Virus record (IMG/VR): IMGVR_UViG_3300005805_000296
Coordinates: 1 to 31,545 of that record
DNA: 31,545 nt
Origin: a virus
Lineage: Duplodnaviria > Caudoviricetes
Strand: one strand, 5' to 3'
Shown: positions 7,513-16,478 of the stretch, one piece after another
Position numbering within the stretch: position 1 is the stretch's first letter
Layout: each line of letters begins with the position of its first letter
Notes under the pieces: model-generated
What the model was told of the DNA's origin: nothing
The model's database searches: none
Seen by the model: only the letters and a program-made list of their open reading frames with translations
Position numbers and translations under genes: made by a program

Positions 7513-9817
7513 ACAAATCGAATCGCAATTTGCATCTGCAGTTGATCGTCAGGTTTGGTGGGGCAAGCGGATCGCCTGGAAAACGAATCGACATTCCGTC
7601 CACACCGAATGGACTGGAGAGCGCAACCGATTTTCCGTGGAGGGCAACATGTTCACTTCTGACGCGTGCATCTCTTTTGCTGATCCAGGTCTTCGACGTT
7701 GCTCCGACCTGTTTGGCGGCAAGATAAGTTCCGGCGTTAAATGATGTTTGAGCTTCGTGTTCGGCTATGACTCGACGCCTCTTTAGTAAAAGAGCAATAA
7801 AGATTGCCGTGAGGGCGGCTTTGAGCATCCCGGACTTGTCCTCTTCTTCGCCAAGTGATTGAGCTATAAGGATCGCTGCCGCTATTTCTTTCCCGGTTCC
7901 CTGATTAACAGTTTCGAGACGTTTTGTTTGAGCGTCAAGAAATTCTTGAAACTCTTCTTCATCGAAATCCGCCGGCATTCCAGTTCGTTCCTGTGCGAGG
8001 TTTCCTGCATCAACAGCAATTCCGGAAAGCATTGGTCTCAAGTCTTCCGTCAATTGCTTGTTCCAAACATCCTCATTGAAGATGAAGTCAGCAGAAAGTG
8101 TTCCCGCTTCTAATTGCTTTCTTGCTTTGGCACCATTTGCTTTTTCTAGTACAACTCTTTGTTGACGCTCAAAAAATCTTTCGAGCTGGGTGTCGAGAAT
8201 CTCTGTCCATCGGCTGGAACTGTCATCGGCTTTTGTGTCCCACTGGTCAAACGGGTAATCGGATGATTCTGATTTTGTTTCGATCCCGGATGTATTGGCG
8301 GACAGCATTCCTGGAGGCATGGGCATTTCGGCGTTTGCTGGAGCTGACTGTTCCGCGGCAAGAGCTTCTGTCATTGTTTCTGGACGACCAGAAGCTGCGG
8401 CTGGAGCAGGGCCTTCCCCAACCATCCCGCCTTCGCCAACCAGGGAACCAGGAATTCCTGGCGGTTGCCCGGGAGGGGTGAGACCTTGCTGGGCTGGGTC
8501 GGTTGGTGCTCCAGGCATTCCAGGCATTCCAGGCATTCCGCCTTGTTGCGCCATTGCCGCTTGTTGCGCTTGCTCCTGCGAATTGAAAGGTTTGTCTGTG
8601 TATCCGATTGGGGTAAGGTTTGGGTTAGCAAGCAGCGCCTGCATCAAATCAGAGTCAATTGTCTTCCTGCTTGTTCCGTCGCGATATTCGTTGCCGGTAA
8701 TTAAACCAGCTTGGAATTCTTGCATTAAGTATCTTTCGCGCTCTTGTCTATACAAAATCAAGACAGGAACATCGTCGACATCAAAATCAATGTAGTACTC
8801 GTCGTCCAATTCATCGAGACCACGACCTATTAATTCAAGGTGAGGCATCATTGTTTCATTCCAGAAAACTCTGTGTTCTTCTGATGCGTTAGAAAAAGTT
8901 CTTCCTGCTGCGTTTCCGATTACCGATTCGGGAACACCAAATGAAGCCAAGATTTCTTCTTTTGTTATCTGACGCATTTGAACATAATTTGCGTCTCTTG
9001 GATTTGATCCAGTGTCAACAAAATCAACACCCTCATCTGACGACATCACCGTTATGGATCCAGATCTTCCAATATTTCCGCGGAAACGATTACGGAGTTC
9101 ATCCTTGTCGTCGTCATCTAGTTCACCACGAACGACAAGTATTCCTCCCGGTCTTCCGTCATTAATCAAAAAGTTTCGGTTATATATCTTCGCCAAGTTT
9201 TCAATTTCGATAGCAACGCCAGCAGCCTCGAGTGGCGTAAGGGAAAGATATGGATCCAATGGGTGTGGTTTTCTGATCCAGATAACATCTTCTGGTGGAA
9301 TAATTGTTTTTGTTCCGTTTCTGAGATCCACCTCAAATCCGCTAACAAATTTTCTTTTATCGGGAATCGGTGCCGTGTGACCCGGTGGAAGCAACTGCAA
9401 ACCTATAACTCCACCATCACGACCACGGATTATTTCAATGAATGCGCCACGACTAGAAATCAGGAGTTGTGAAGACAGCCTGTATCTGAATACAAAAGCA
9501 TTTTCTCCGTAGTTTGCTTTTGAGTTAAGAATTTTCAAAAGTGGATGAGTTTTTTTAGTTACTTTTTCGCCATCGGGGGAGTTGTCTCCCCTCAAAATAA
9601 CCGGGAGGCGCGATTGGTTTCCGGCTATTGCGTCAATGCAACGATTAACCCATACAACACGTTGCATTCCCTCCCTGTATGCCCGGTCAATGTCCCAACT
9701 GTCTCGATACGGTTTGCCCGTTTGCTGAGAGTTGAAAGAAACTGGAGCACCCGGTGTTATAATCGATTTAATAGATGGGCTCTGCCCTTGCTTATTCGAG
9801 TCCGAATTCCAAGCCAT
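7511..9817 (-). CDS. HK97-like portal protein fused to a C-terminal MuF (Mu gpF / SPP1 gp7-like) head morphogenesis domain
   Basis: Portal motifs VNRCIDAIA, EDVIWIR...DPYLSLTPL, EEILASFGVPESVIG, ITGNEYR. MuF motifs KTWISKRDARVRSEH and FPGDP...INCRC. Confidence 0.92.
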   Translation of the reverse strand: MAWNSDSNKQGQSPSIKSIITPGAPVSFNSQQTGKPYRDSWDIDRAYREGMQRVVWVNRCIDAIAGNQSRLPVILRGDNSPDGEKVTKKTHPLLKILNSKANYGENAFVFRYRLSSQLLISSRGAFIEIIRGRDGGVIGLQLLPPGHTAPIPDKRKFVSGFEVDLRNGTKTIIPPEDVIWIRKPHPLDPYLSLTPLEAAGVAIEIENLAKIYNRNFLINDGRPGGILVVRGELDDDDKDELRNRFRGNIGRSGSITVMSSDEGVDFVDTGSNPRDANYVQMRQITKEEILASFGVPESVIGNAAGRTFSNASEEHRVFWNETMMPHLELIGRGLDELDDEYYIDFDVDDVPVLILYRQERERYLMQEFQAGLITGNEYRDGTSRKTIDSDLMQALLANPNLTPIGYTDKPFNSQEQAQQAAMAQQGGMPGMPGMPGAPTDPAQQGLTPPGQPPGIPGSLVGEGGMVGEGPAPAAASGRPETMTEALAAEQSAPANAEMPMPPGMLSANTSGIETKSESSDYPFDQWDTKADDSSSRWTEILDTQLERFFERQQRVVLEKANGAKARKQLEAGTLSADFIFNEDVWNKQLTEDLRPMLSGIAVDAGNLAQERTGMPADFDEEEFQEFLDAQTKRLETVNQGTGKEIAAAILIAQSLGEEEDKSGMLKAALTAIFIALLLKRRRVIAEHEAQTSFNAGTYLAAKQVGATSKTWISKRDARVRSEHVALHGKSVALSSPFGVDGMSIRFPGDPLAPPNLTINCRCKLRFDL
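8511..8537 (-). repeat. 9-bp tandem repeat x3 encoding (MPG)3 in the portal-MuF linker
   Basis: ccaggcatt x3. Confidence 0.9.
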
Positions 9818-9827
9818 GATTTATTGG

Positions 9828-9998
9828 TTATTCCATTCCCAGCAGGTAGCCGACCAGTCCGCTTGTCACACCTAAGACAACGAATCCGACAGGGGGCGCG
9901 AAAATAAACCCACCAATCGTTGTCATAATTATAAATGACGCAATGAGTAAATTGGCTACAGCCCGCCTTTTAAGACGGAATTTTTCAAAGAACTTCAT
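9828..9998 (-). CDS. 56-aa two-TM membrane protein preceding the portal
   Basis: Manual translation MKFFEKFRLKRRAVANLLIASFIIMTTIGGFIFAPPVGFVVLGVTSGLVGYLLGME*; too short for the ORF track. Small hydrophobic genes are common directly upstream of HK97-type portals. Confidence 0.8.
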   Translation of the reverse strand: MKFFEKFRLKRRAVANLLIASFIIMTTIGGFIFAPPVGFVVLGVTSGLVGYLLGME

Positions 9999-10004
9999 TA
10001 AACG

Positions 10005-10013
10005 AGACTACCA
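10005..10013 (-). promoter_or_regulatory. Extended -10 (TGgTAGTCT), leaderless promoter for the head operon
   Basis: 6 nt upstream of ATG 9998. Confidence 0.55.
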
Positions 10014-10071
10014 CTCCTGACCATCACAATAAATTAGTATGGTTATTCAGCCGTTCTAGGAAGAATCATAA

Positions 10072-11376
10072 ATGACAAACTGGGCAGAAGTCCTCAAGTA
10101 TTTGGAACCCAAAAAGGCTTTGTTCTGCCCTGAGGAACCGTCAATAACTCAAAAGGTTTTTTTAAGAAGCTATGCACTTGAAGGTCTTTTTGGCGGTGCT
10201 GCCGGTGGCGGCAAAAGCTCAGCCTTGCTAATGGCCGCGTTGCAATATGTGGATGTGCCTGGCTACTCGGCGATTCTGTTCAGAAGAACGTACGCCGACC
10301 TTTCGCTGCCAGGTGCGCTCATGGATCGTTTTAGACAATGGGTTACCAACTATGACGATGTCCACTGGAACAACAACACATATATAGCCACGTTTCCGTC
10401 TGGGGCACGTATTTCTTTCGGCTATCTGAATAACGTTAATGACTATCTTAGATATAAGGGTTCAGAATTTCAGTTTATTGGCATGGACGAGGTTACTGAA
10501 ATTCGCGAATCGGACTATCGGTATCTGTTTTCTCGAATTAGGCGCCCAGCTTCTGGACCACTAGCCAACGTCCCCCTCAGAATGAGGGCAGCATCAAACC
10601 CAGCCCCCAATTGGGTCAGACAGAGATTCATCGTTGAGGGTAAAGACCAGGGGCGAATATTCGTCCCCAGTATGTTGACCGACAACCCCGGAATAGACCC
10701 AGATTCATATCGTCAGTCTCTGGCCGCTCTTGATCCAATCGAGAGAAGAAGGCTGGAAATGGGCGACTGGTGGGCAACCACTCTGGGCACCATGTTTGAC
10801 CGCACGACATTTGTGGTCATAGATCCAAGCGAGGTTCCGCAAGTCCACTCAAGTAGTAGGGCAGTTCGTTTTTGGGACTTGGCCGCGACAGAGCCAAGTG
10901 CATCATATTCCGACCCTGACTGGACTGTTGGCACGCTGATGCTTTTCGACCAAGGAGTTTCTTATATTTTGGATGTCAAGAAAGCGCGAGTCAAAAACGA
11001 AAAAGTCGAAAATCTTATTCGCCAAACAGCAATCGAGGACGGTCCCACTGTTTCCGTGAGAATGGAACAAGAGCCGGGATCTTCTGGCAAAGCTTTAATT
11101 GATAACTACGCACGATATGTGCTATCTGGTTATGACTTTGCTGGTATTAGGTCAACGGGAGACAAAGAAACAAGAGCTAGACCATTTGCTGCAGCCGTAG
11201 CTAATGGAAATGTTCGCATCGTTCGTGCTTCTTGGTTGACGGATTGGTTGGACGAATTCAGTGGCTTCCCCGAGGCGTGCAACCACGATGATCAAGTTGA
11301 CTCGGCTGTTGGGGCATTTACATTTTTGACTGGTTTGGGGTTGCCGCAAAGAAGAAGAGCCGCTATTGTCATCTGA
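10072..11376 (+). CDS. terL: Terminase large subunit
   Basis: Walker A LFGGAAGGGKS, Walker B FIGMDEVTE, ASNP coupling motif, nuclease motifs FWDLAA and HDDQVDS. Confidence 0.96.
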   Translation: MTNWAEVLKYLEPKKALFCPEEPSITQKVFLRSYALEGLFGGAAGGGKSSALLMAALQYVDVPGYSAILFRRTYADLSLPGALMDRFRQWVTNYDDVHWNNNTYIATFPSGARISFGYLNNVNDYLRYKGSEFQFIGMDEVTEIRESDYRYLFSRIRRPASGPLANVPLRMRAASNPAPNWVRQRFIVEGKDQGRIFVPSMLTDNPGIDPDSYRQSLAALDPIERRRLEMGDWWATTLGTMFDRTTFVVIDPSEVPQVHSSSRAVRFWDLAATEPSASYSDPDWTVGTLMLFDQGVSYILDVKKARVKNEKVENLIRQTAIEDGPTVSVRMEQEPGSSGKALIDNYARYVLSGYDFAGIRSTGDKETRARPFAAAVANGNVRIVRASWLTDWLDEFSGFPEACNHDDQVDSAVGAFTFLTGLGLPQRRRAAIVI

Positions 11377-11429
11377 CAAGAAGTTACCTAATTACACACT
11401 GCTATACGTAAAACAAGGAGAGTTATCTT

Positions 11430-11981
11430 ATGGCTGGCGATTCACCGAACCCCGAATCAGTATTGCGTGATATTTCTAAAGCACTAAATCTTTTGAAGTC
11501 AGCAAGCAAAGAAGCAATTGACCTGATACAGGGAGCCGAGGGCACAGAAATAAGCCTCGACGAATCGTGTGAACTGGCAATTGCTTTCTCTAACGCCAAA
11601 ATGGAGACAAAGGAAATATACGAACAGGTATCACGTTTCGTAATACAACAAATGGGAGCACTGCCCGACCACACTCTTGGTGATGGAACAGTCGTTGAGC
11701 GGCGACAGGGCTCAACCAGAAAGAAGTGGGATCATCTCGCCCTGGCCCGTTCGGTGACAGAGAAACTCACACAAATGGCCGTCGACATGGACACCGGAGA
11801 AGTAACCATGAGCAATCAGGATGTCGCTATTCGAATGCTTGAGTACGTTGCACCGAGCTATTGGCGAGTAAAAAAACTTAATGACATCGGAATCAACGCG
11901 GACATGTATTGCGAAACACTAGAAGGAAATATCAACCTCGTAATTAGAACCAAGGGAGACAACAGCAATGACGAACAATAA
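11430..11981 (+). CDS. Hypothetical protein (183 aa), first gene of the recombination block
   Basis: AAGGAG RBS; overlaps the next gene. Confidence 0.75.
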   Translation: MAGDSPNPESVLRDISKALNLLKSASKEAIDLIQGAEGTEISLDESCELAIAFSNAKMETKEIYEQVSRFVIQQMGALPDHTLGDGTVVERRQGSTRKKWDHLALARSVTEKLTQMAVDMDTGEVTMSNQDVAIRMLEYVAPSYWRVKKLNDIGINADMYCETLEGNINLVIRTKGDNSNDEQ

Positions 11982-12642
11982 CAACACTTACGCTCAATTA
12001 GTAGAGCCATTTCAGCCAGAGATGGAACGCTCAATCACAAAGAGCGGAACCCAACTCACATACATTCCGATCAGCGAAGTGATCAACAGGCTCAACAAAG
12101 TGCTTGGCGTGGACAGATGGTCGTTTAAGATTGTTCGTTGCGAGCGCGATGCCACCGACTTGGATTTCGTTATTGCGCATGTACGCATTGACTGGTTCCC
12201 AGAGGATGCGCTCATCGTTAGCCGCGATGGTTTCGGTGGACAAAAAATCAAACGAAACAAACAAGGTCAGATAATTGACCTTGGAGACGAGTGCAAGGGT
12301 GCAATTTCTGATGCTCTCAAAAAAGCAGCACAGACCCTTGGTGTCGGTCTCTACCTCGCACGTAGCGAAGACGCCATTGAGATTGAAAGCGTCATCGATG
12401 CCCAGCAATTAAAACCACAACAACCAGAAGTGGAATCAGCTGGACACACAAAATGGGCGGCTTTTGTTTCTATCAGCAAAAAACTCACTGTGGAACAGAA
12501 GGAAGAATTGAAAAAAGTGTGGTCTGAATATAGTGACAACGCACCCACACCAACAGCCGCAACGGCGACAGAAGAAGAAATTGATTTTCTTGCTGCGGAA
12601 GCGATTCGTATTCAGTTCGGTGCAAAAGAAGTGGTGGGGTGA
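11968..12642 (+). CDS. Rad52/Rad22-family (Sak-like) ssDNA annealing protein
   Basis: LTYIPISEVINRLNKVLGVDRWS and KGAISDALKKAAQTLGVGLYL. Confidence 0.9.
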   Translation: MTNNNNTYAQLVEPFQPEMERSITKSGTQLTYIPISEVINRLNKVLGVDRWSFKIVRCERDATDLDFVIAHVRIDWFPEDALIVSRDGFGGQKIKRNKQGQIIDLGDECKGAISDALKKAAQTLGVGLYLARSEDAIEIESVIDAQQLKPQQPEVESAGHTKWAAFVSISKKLTVEQKEELKKVWSEYSDNAPTPTAATATEEEIDFLAAEAIRIQFGAKEVVG

Positions 12643-12645
12643 GGT

Positions 12646-13416
12646 TTGTCTCAACTCCCAGAATATCTATCAGCATCTTCAATATCCACGTTTCAGCAAT
12701 GTCCGCTTAAGTACAAGCTTTCGAGAGTTGACAAGGTTCAGGAACCGCCGACGAGAGAAACCATTATGGGCAACTTTGTTCATGAGGTGATGGAGTCTTT
12801 CTACGCCCCCGACACTGGTCGGCAACGGGATATTAAAACAATTAAACAGATCTCGACTGAGGTTTGGGAATCTGGCGATTGGCAGAACCGGGTTTCTGGC
12901 TATCTCCGCGATATGACAATGCATAAATTCAGATGGAATGCCTGGTGGTGTATTGAGAACATTTTCAAATTAGAAGACCCCAATGCTGTCGATGTTAAGG
13001 GAATCGAACTCGAGCTCAACGTGGCCGTTGACGGAGTAAAAATAAAAGGGTTTATTGATCGACTTGCAACAATTGACGGCCATGACAAAATATCCGATTA
13101 CAAAACCGGGAAAACACCAAGAGACATATACATGGAGGACAAGTTCTTTCAGTTAATGCTTTATTACGTTTGTCTTTCTCAGTCAATTCAAATGAGCAAT
13201 CCGATTTTGGAACTGCTCTATCTGAAAGACGGTCAGCGCAAACAGATAACACCGACCGATGATCTTTGTGTTCAAACAACGGAAACTGTTGTCTCTGTTA
13301 ATTCTCGGATCGTTGAATGCAACACCAAAGACGAATGGCCGGCAGTTCCGGCAAAACTTTGCGATTGGTGTTTTTTTAAATATAATGGCTGTACGTATTA
13401 TCAGAAACGAAAGTAG
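12646..13416 (+). CDS. PD-(D/E)XK RecB/Cas4-like exonuclease with Cys4 cluster
   Basis: LSASSISTFQQCP, GNFVH, GFIDRL, DYKTGK, QLMLY, CDWC-x6-C. Confidence 0.9.
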   Translation: MSQLPEYLSASSISTFQQCPLKYKLSRVDKVQEPPTRETIMGNFVHEVMESFYAPDTGRQRDIKTIKQISTEVWESGDWQNRVSGYLRDMTMHKFRWNAWWCIENIFKLEDPNAVDVKGIELELNVAVDGVKIKGFIDRLATIDGHDKISDYKTGKTPRDIYMEDKFFQLMLYYVCLSQSIQMSNPILELLYLKDGQRKQITPTDDLCVQTTETVVSVNSRIVECNTKDEWPAVPAKLCDWCFFKYNGCTYYQKRK

Positions 13417-13425
13417 GCGATAGTC

Positions 13426-13959
13426 ATGATCATGGATGACGAAACATTTGCGCGCATTGTCGCTGACAACGTAAAAAATAGATCCACATCTGCTCAAAAT
13501 GTTTTCCTGGAAGCTCCAGAAAATAATGCCAGATGGCAGGCGGCACTTGGGTCATTGATAAAAAACATTGACGAACAAATCCATGAAATATCAATGGATG
13601 CACAAGCGGACACGGAGAGATACTCGTCTCTCGGTGATGCTGGCAATGTTCTCTTAAGTCAAACAATCGCCCATTACGAAGTGAAGAAACAAAAAATTGA
13701 GCGCTTCAGGTATTACGTAATAAGAAAATTAGCGGATGTGGCCAATGCCAACAAGAGCAGAATCGGTGACTTCAAAAAAGAAAATCTTTCAATTGTTGCC
13801 AAAGCCGTGGAGAGGCACAGGGAATTGGGTTCACTTTACAAAATTGAAAAAACACCTCTTGACGTTGCCTTGTACGATTCGCTAAACGGGGTTTGGTCGT
13901 TTGACAGCATTAATCATTCTGACCTAGAAGACTTCAGCGAACATGCGCCATCGTTCTAA
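13426..13959 (+). CDS. Hypothetical helical/coiled-coil protein
   Basis: Fills the gap between neighbours in operon orientation; start may be 13432. Confidence 0.7.
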   Translation: MIMDDETFARIVADNVKNRSTSAQNVFLEAPENNARWQAALGSLIKNIDEQIHEISMDAQADTERYSSLGDAGNVLLSQTIAHYEVKKQKIERFRYYVIRKLADVANANKSRIGDFKKENLSIVAKAVERHRELGSLYKIEKTPLDVALYDSLNGVWSFDSINHSDLEDFSEHAPSF

Positions 13960-14245
13960 AAAGAAAGAAAAAGAATACGTAGAACGCAGGAAAATAGTTA
14001 CCCAACTTTTAGAAGAGCGGCCATTTTGTGAAGCTTGTCCGGTTTTTGCTAAACACGATGAACTTGCCACGTATGTCAGAAAACGGAGCGCCGACGTTCA
14101 CGAAATAATTCGTCGATCTCAGGGTGGATCAATCTTAGATGTTGAGAACCTAATGTGTGTATGTAGGCCATGCCACACAAGAATCGGAAACTATCCGCAA
14201 CTTGCGTTTGATTTGGGTTTAGCCAAGCACGGCTGGGAGCGCTAG
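13943..14245 (+). CDS. HNH endonuclease
   Basis: CEAC...DVHEIIRRSQGG...ENLMCVCRPCH. Confidence 0.88.
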   Translation: MRHRSKKKEKEYVERRKIVTQLLEERPFCEACPVFAKHDELATYVRKRSADVHEIIRRSQGGSILDVENLMCVCRPCHTRIGNYPQLAFDLGLAKHGWER

Positions 14246-14862
14246 TTCTTTACAGAACCAATTCTTGGGTTAACCCTTAAGCTTCCAGTCCAAGCATTCC
14301 TGAGCGTTTCTCCGTCATTTGTTGTGACTTCGCCACCATTGAGGTAAGGGCCGTAGTTGCCGGAGACTATTACCAAATCTGCAACACCGAAAAGAGCCAA
14401 TGTGACTCGCTTGCGTCGCCACTTTTCTTCTACAAAAATTTGCTGTATTTTTGAGTCTTTCTTAAACCACTGAAGAAAACCAACTCGCTCAGAGCGCCCG
14501 ACAAATTTGTTTTTTATCAAATCCTCTTCCATGACTATCGTGCCGGACGGGAAGTCGTCCCCATATAGGGCGTAGATAAACATCATCGGAATTTCCGGGC
14601 CATTTGGGTGCGGCCGGGGTGCGTCCTTAACTACATACCAAAGCGGAGGAGCAATGCCCATAATGTCTTCATCTCTCCAGTTCATAAAGAGATTTCCTGA
14701 ATCATCAACAGATCCAAACCACACGGGTTCTATATCGGTTGGTTTATCTCCAGAAACGACAATGGACGGACACTCAAACTCCTCCGAAGAGAAAGCATGA
14801 ACTTCCGCCCATCTGTCTGATAGTTGTTTTGGTTTCCAGAACCAAAGCTGCTTAAAAGCCAT
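14242..14862 (-). CDS. Putative GNAT-fold protein with a degenerate acetyl-CoA motif
   Basis: IQQIFVEEKWRRKRVTLALF resembles GNAT motif A (V..xxRRxG.A.AL) but lacks the Gly. Confidence 0.5.
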   Translation of the reverse strand: MAFKQLWFWKPKQLSDRWAEVHAFSSEEFECPSIVVSGDKPTDIEPVWFGSVDDSGNLFMNWRDEDIMGIAPPLWYVVKDAPRPHPNGPEIPMMFIYALYGDDFPSGTIVMEEDLIKNKFVGRSERVGFLQWFKKDSKIQQIFVEEKWRRKRVTLALFGVADLVIVSGNYGPYLNGGEVTTNDGETLRNAWTGSLRVNPRIGSVKN

Positions 14863-14871
14863 CCGGCTATA

Positions 14872-15564
14872 TTAATCGTTATACCATGCTGTCCAAGTCT
14901 TTGCTGAGGCAGAAACTGCTTCTGGGTCGTGCATGCCAGTGTAAGCAACCGAGATTGTGACTTTTGCATCATTCTCGTAGCCTGTCCAGTCGCCACTGTG
15001 GGCGTAGACAAACAATTGAAGGATTTCGTCAGTATTCATTACTGCAACATCTGCGAGGTAGGTGTTTGCGTTGAACTCCGATTCGCTCCAAGTTGAGTTA
15101 AGTGCACTTGATTTTTCTATAGGTGCCACTGCGGTACTACGAAGGTCAAGTACGCCGTTGCCAAAATATGGCTGTGTGCCGAATGCTCCAATTCTTCCAG
15201 CAGCGTCGTCTGGGTTTCCAAGCCACATTGTTGGCTTGAGGTCTTCATCCAAAGAGCCGTAGTATCCAACATCCTCAAAGCCGAACATATAGTCTGTTGG
15301 GTTGTCAGTCGCATTGTGCTGTGTCTTGGAGTTCTTGGTTTTAATAGCCGCAAGGGAAAGTCGTCGCTCGGTTGTCTCTCTATCTACCATGCCACTGTCT
15401 GTAGTCCCCCAAAGACCATTGGTTACGCCCATAATTTGCTGAGTGGTGAACCAGATTGACTCAATCTTGACACGGAATGGGAAAGACACATTGAGGTAGG
15501 AAGTGTCACCCTGCCTGACAGTCCAGTCATAGTTGACTATTGATGGTGGGATGATTCCGGACAT
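14872..15564 (-). CDS. Hypothetical beta-rich 230-aa protein, possibly virion-associated
   Basis: AGGAG RBS and own -10 (TACAAT); S/T/G/D-rich with alternating hydrophobic strands. Confidence 0.7.
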   Translation of the reverse strand: MSGIIPPSIVNYDWTVRQGDTSYLNVSFPFRVKIESIWFTTQQIMGVTNGLWGTTDSGMVDRETTERRLSLAAIKTKNSKTQHNATDNPTDYMFGFEDVGYYGSLDEDLKPTMWLGNPDDAAGRIGAFGTQPYFGNGVLDLRSTAVAPIEKSSALNSTWSESEFNANTYLADVAVMNTDEILQLFVYAHSGDWTGYENDAKVTISVAYTGMHDPEAVSASAKTWTAWYND

Positions 15565-15595
15565 GCTGGGCTCCTGCTGCTTTGATGGTCAATAG

Positions 15596-15615
15596 ATTGT
15601 ACATCATGCTAATTT
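15596..15615. promoter_or_regulatory. Back-to-back -10 elements: TACAAT (minus, 15596-15601) and TGcTAATTT (plus, 15607-15615, leaderless to ATG 15623)
   Basis: Both lie in the short gap between divergent genes. Confidence 0.5.
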
Positions 15616-15622
15616 CTTGGGA

Positions 15623-16144
15623 ATGAATACAGCCGGCATAGATCTTTCGCTGACGTCGACAGGTTTATGTATTAACGGAAATCCATTAGCTATTAGATCA
15701 AAGCTACGTGGGGCGGAAAGGCTCTGCGAAATACGTGATCGCTTAATTGAAAAGTTAAAATTTGCGAATACCGAAATTGTTGCACTTGAGGGCTACTCCT
15801 ACTCGTCGAGGTTTTCCCAAGCTCATTCAATCGGTGAACTTGGTGGCGTAATCAAGGTTGCGCTCATGGAAGCTGGAATAGAGGTAGTCATCATCCCGCC
15901 GACCAACAGGGCGAAGTTTGCCACCGGCCGCGGCAACGCGTCCAAAGATGATGTCATTGCCGCCGTACTGGCCATCACCCCGATTGAAAAACAGCCAGGT
16001 CTTGACGATCTTTGCGACGCATGGGTTTTGGAGCAAATGCTTAGGTATATTTTAGGGGAACGAGTTCTTGTCTTGACCGACAAGCAAATAGATGCTGTAG
16101 CAGTTATTAACTATTCGCCCAAGGAGGCAACAGATGGGATTTGA
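15623..16144 (+). CDS. RuvC-like Holliday junction resolvase
   Basis: GIDLSLTSTG, VALEGY, GELGGVIK, KFATGRGNASKDDV, DDLCDA. ATG 15623 preferred over TTG 15617. Confidence 0.9.
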   Translation: MNTAGIDLSLTSTGLCINGNPLAIRSKLRGAERLCEIRDRLIEKLKFANTEIVALEGYSYSSRFSQAHSIGELGGVIKVALMEAGIEVVIIPPTNRAKFATGRGNASKDDVIAAVLAITPIEKQPGLDDLCDAWVLEQMLRYILGERVLVLTDKQIDAVAVINYSPKEATDGI

Positions 16145-16478
16145 TCGGACATCACCAATCAGTCAGGTAGATATCGAACACGAACTTATTCGCATGCTTG
16201 AATTGCTTGAAAATGAAACTGAGGCGTTTGAAAAAATAGCTGAAGACAACGCAAAGAAGGACGCTTTGTTGAAATCGAATTGGGCGAAAGAATATCTTTC
16301 GGCAAAGGGCTCAGTTAAGGAGAGGGAATCTTGGGCGGATTACAAAACTGCCGACATGGATTTTGATGCCCGAATATCAGAGGGTCTACTAAAAGCCAAA
16401 CGAGAAAAATTATCATCCCTGAGAACAAGTATTGATGCCCTCAGAACATTAAATGCAAACGTCCGAACTCAGGTTTGA
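16134..16478 (+). CDS. Hypothetical helical protein (114 aa)
   Basis: AAGGAGG RBS; coiled-coil character. Confidence 0.75.
   Translation: MGFDRTSPISQVDIEHELIRMLELLENETEAFEKIAEDNAKKDALLKSNWAKEYLSAKGSVKERESWADYKTADMDFDARISEGLLKAKREKLSSLRTSIDALRTLNANVRTQV

Noticed and set aside
10072-11376. Intein or intron in terL
   Set aside because: 434 aa with contiguous ATPase and nuclease motifs; no insertion visible.
12646-13416. Cas4-like nuclease as evidence of a CRISPR system
   Set aside because: No repeat-spacer array or other cas genes in the window; the context (next to a Rad52-like gene) fits a recombination exonuclease.
15546-15556. GTGGGATGATT shared with the minus strand near 3212-3222
   Set aside because: A single 11-mer match with one copy inside a CDS; compatible with chance.
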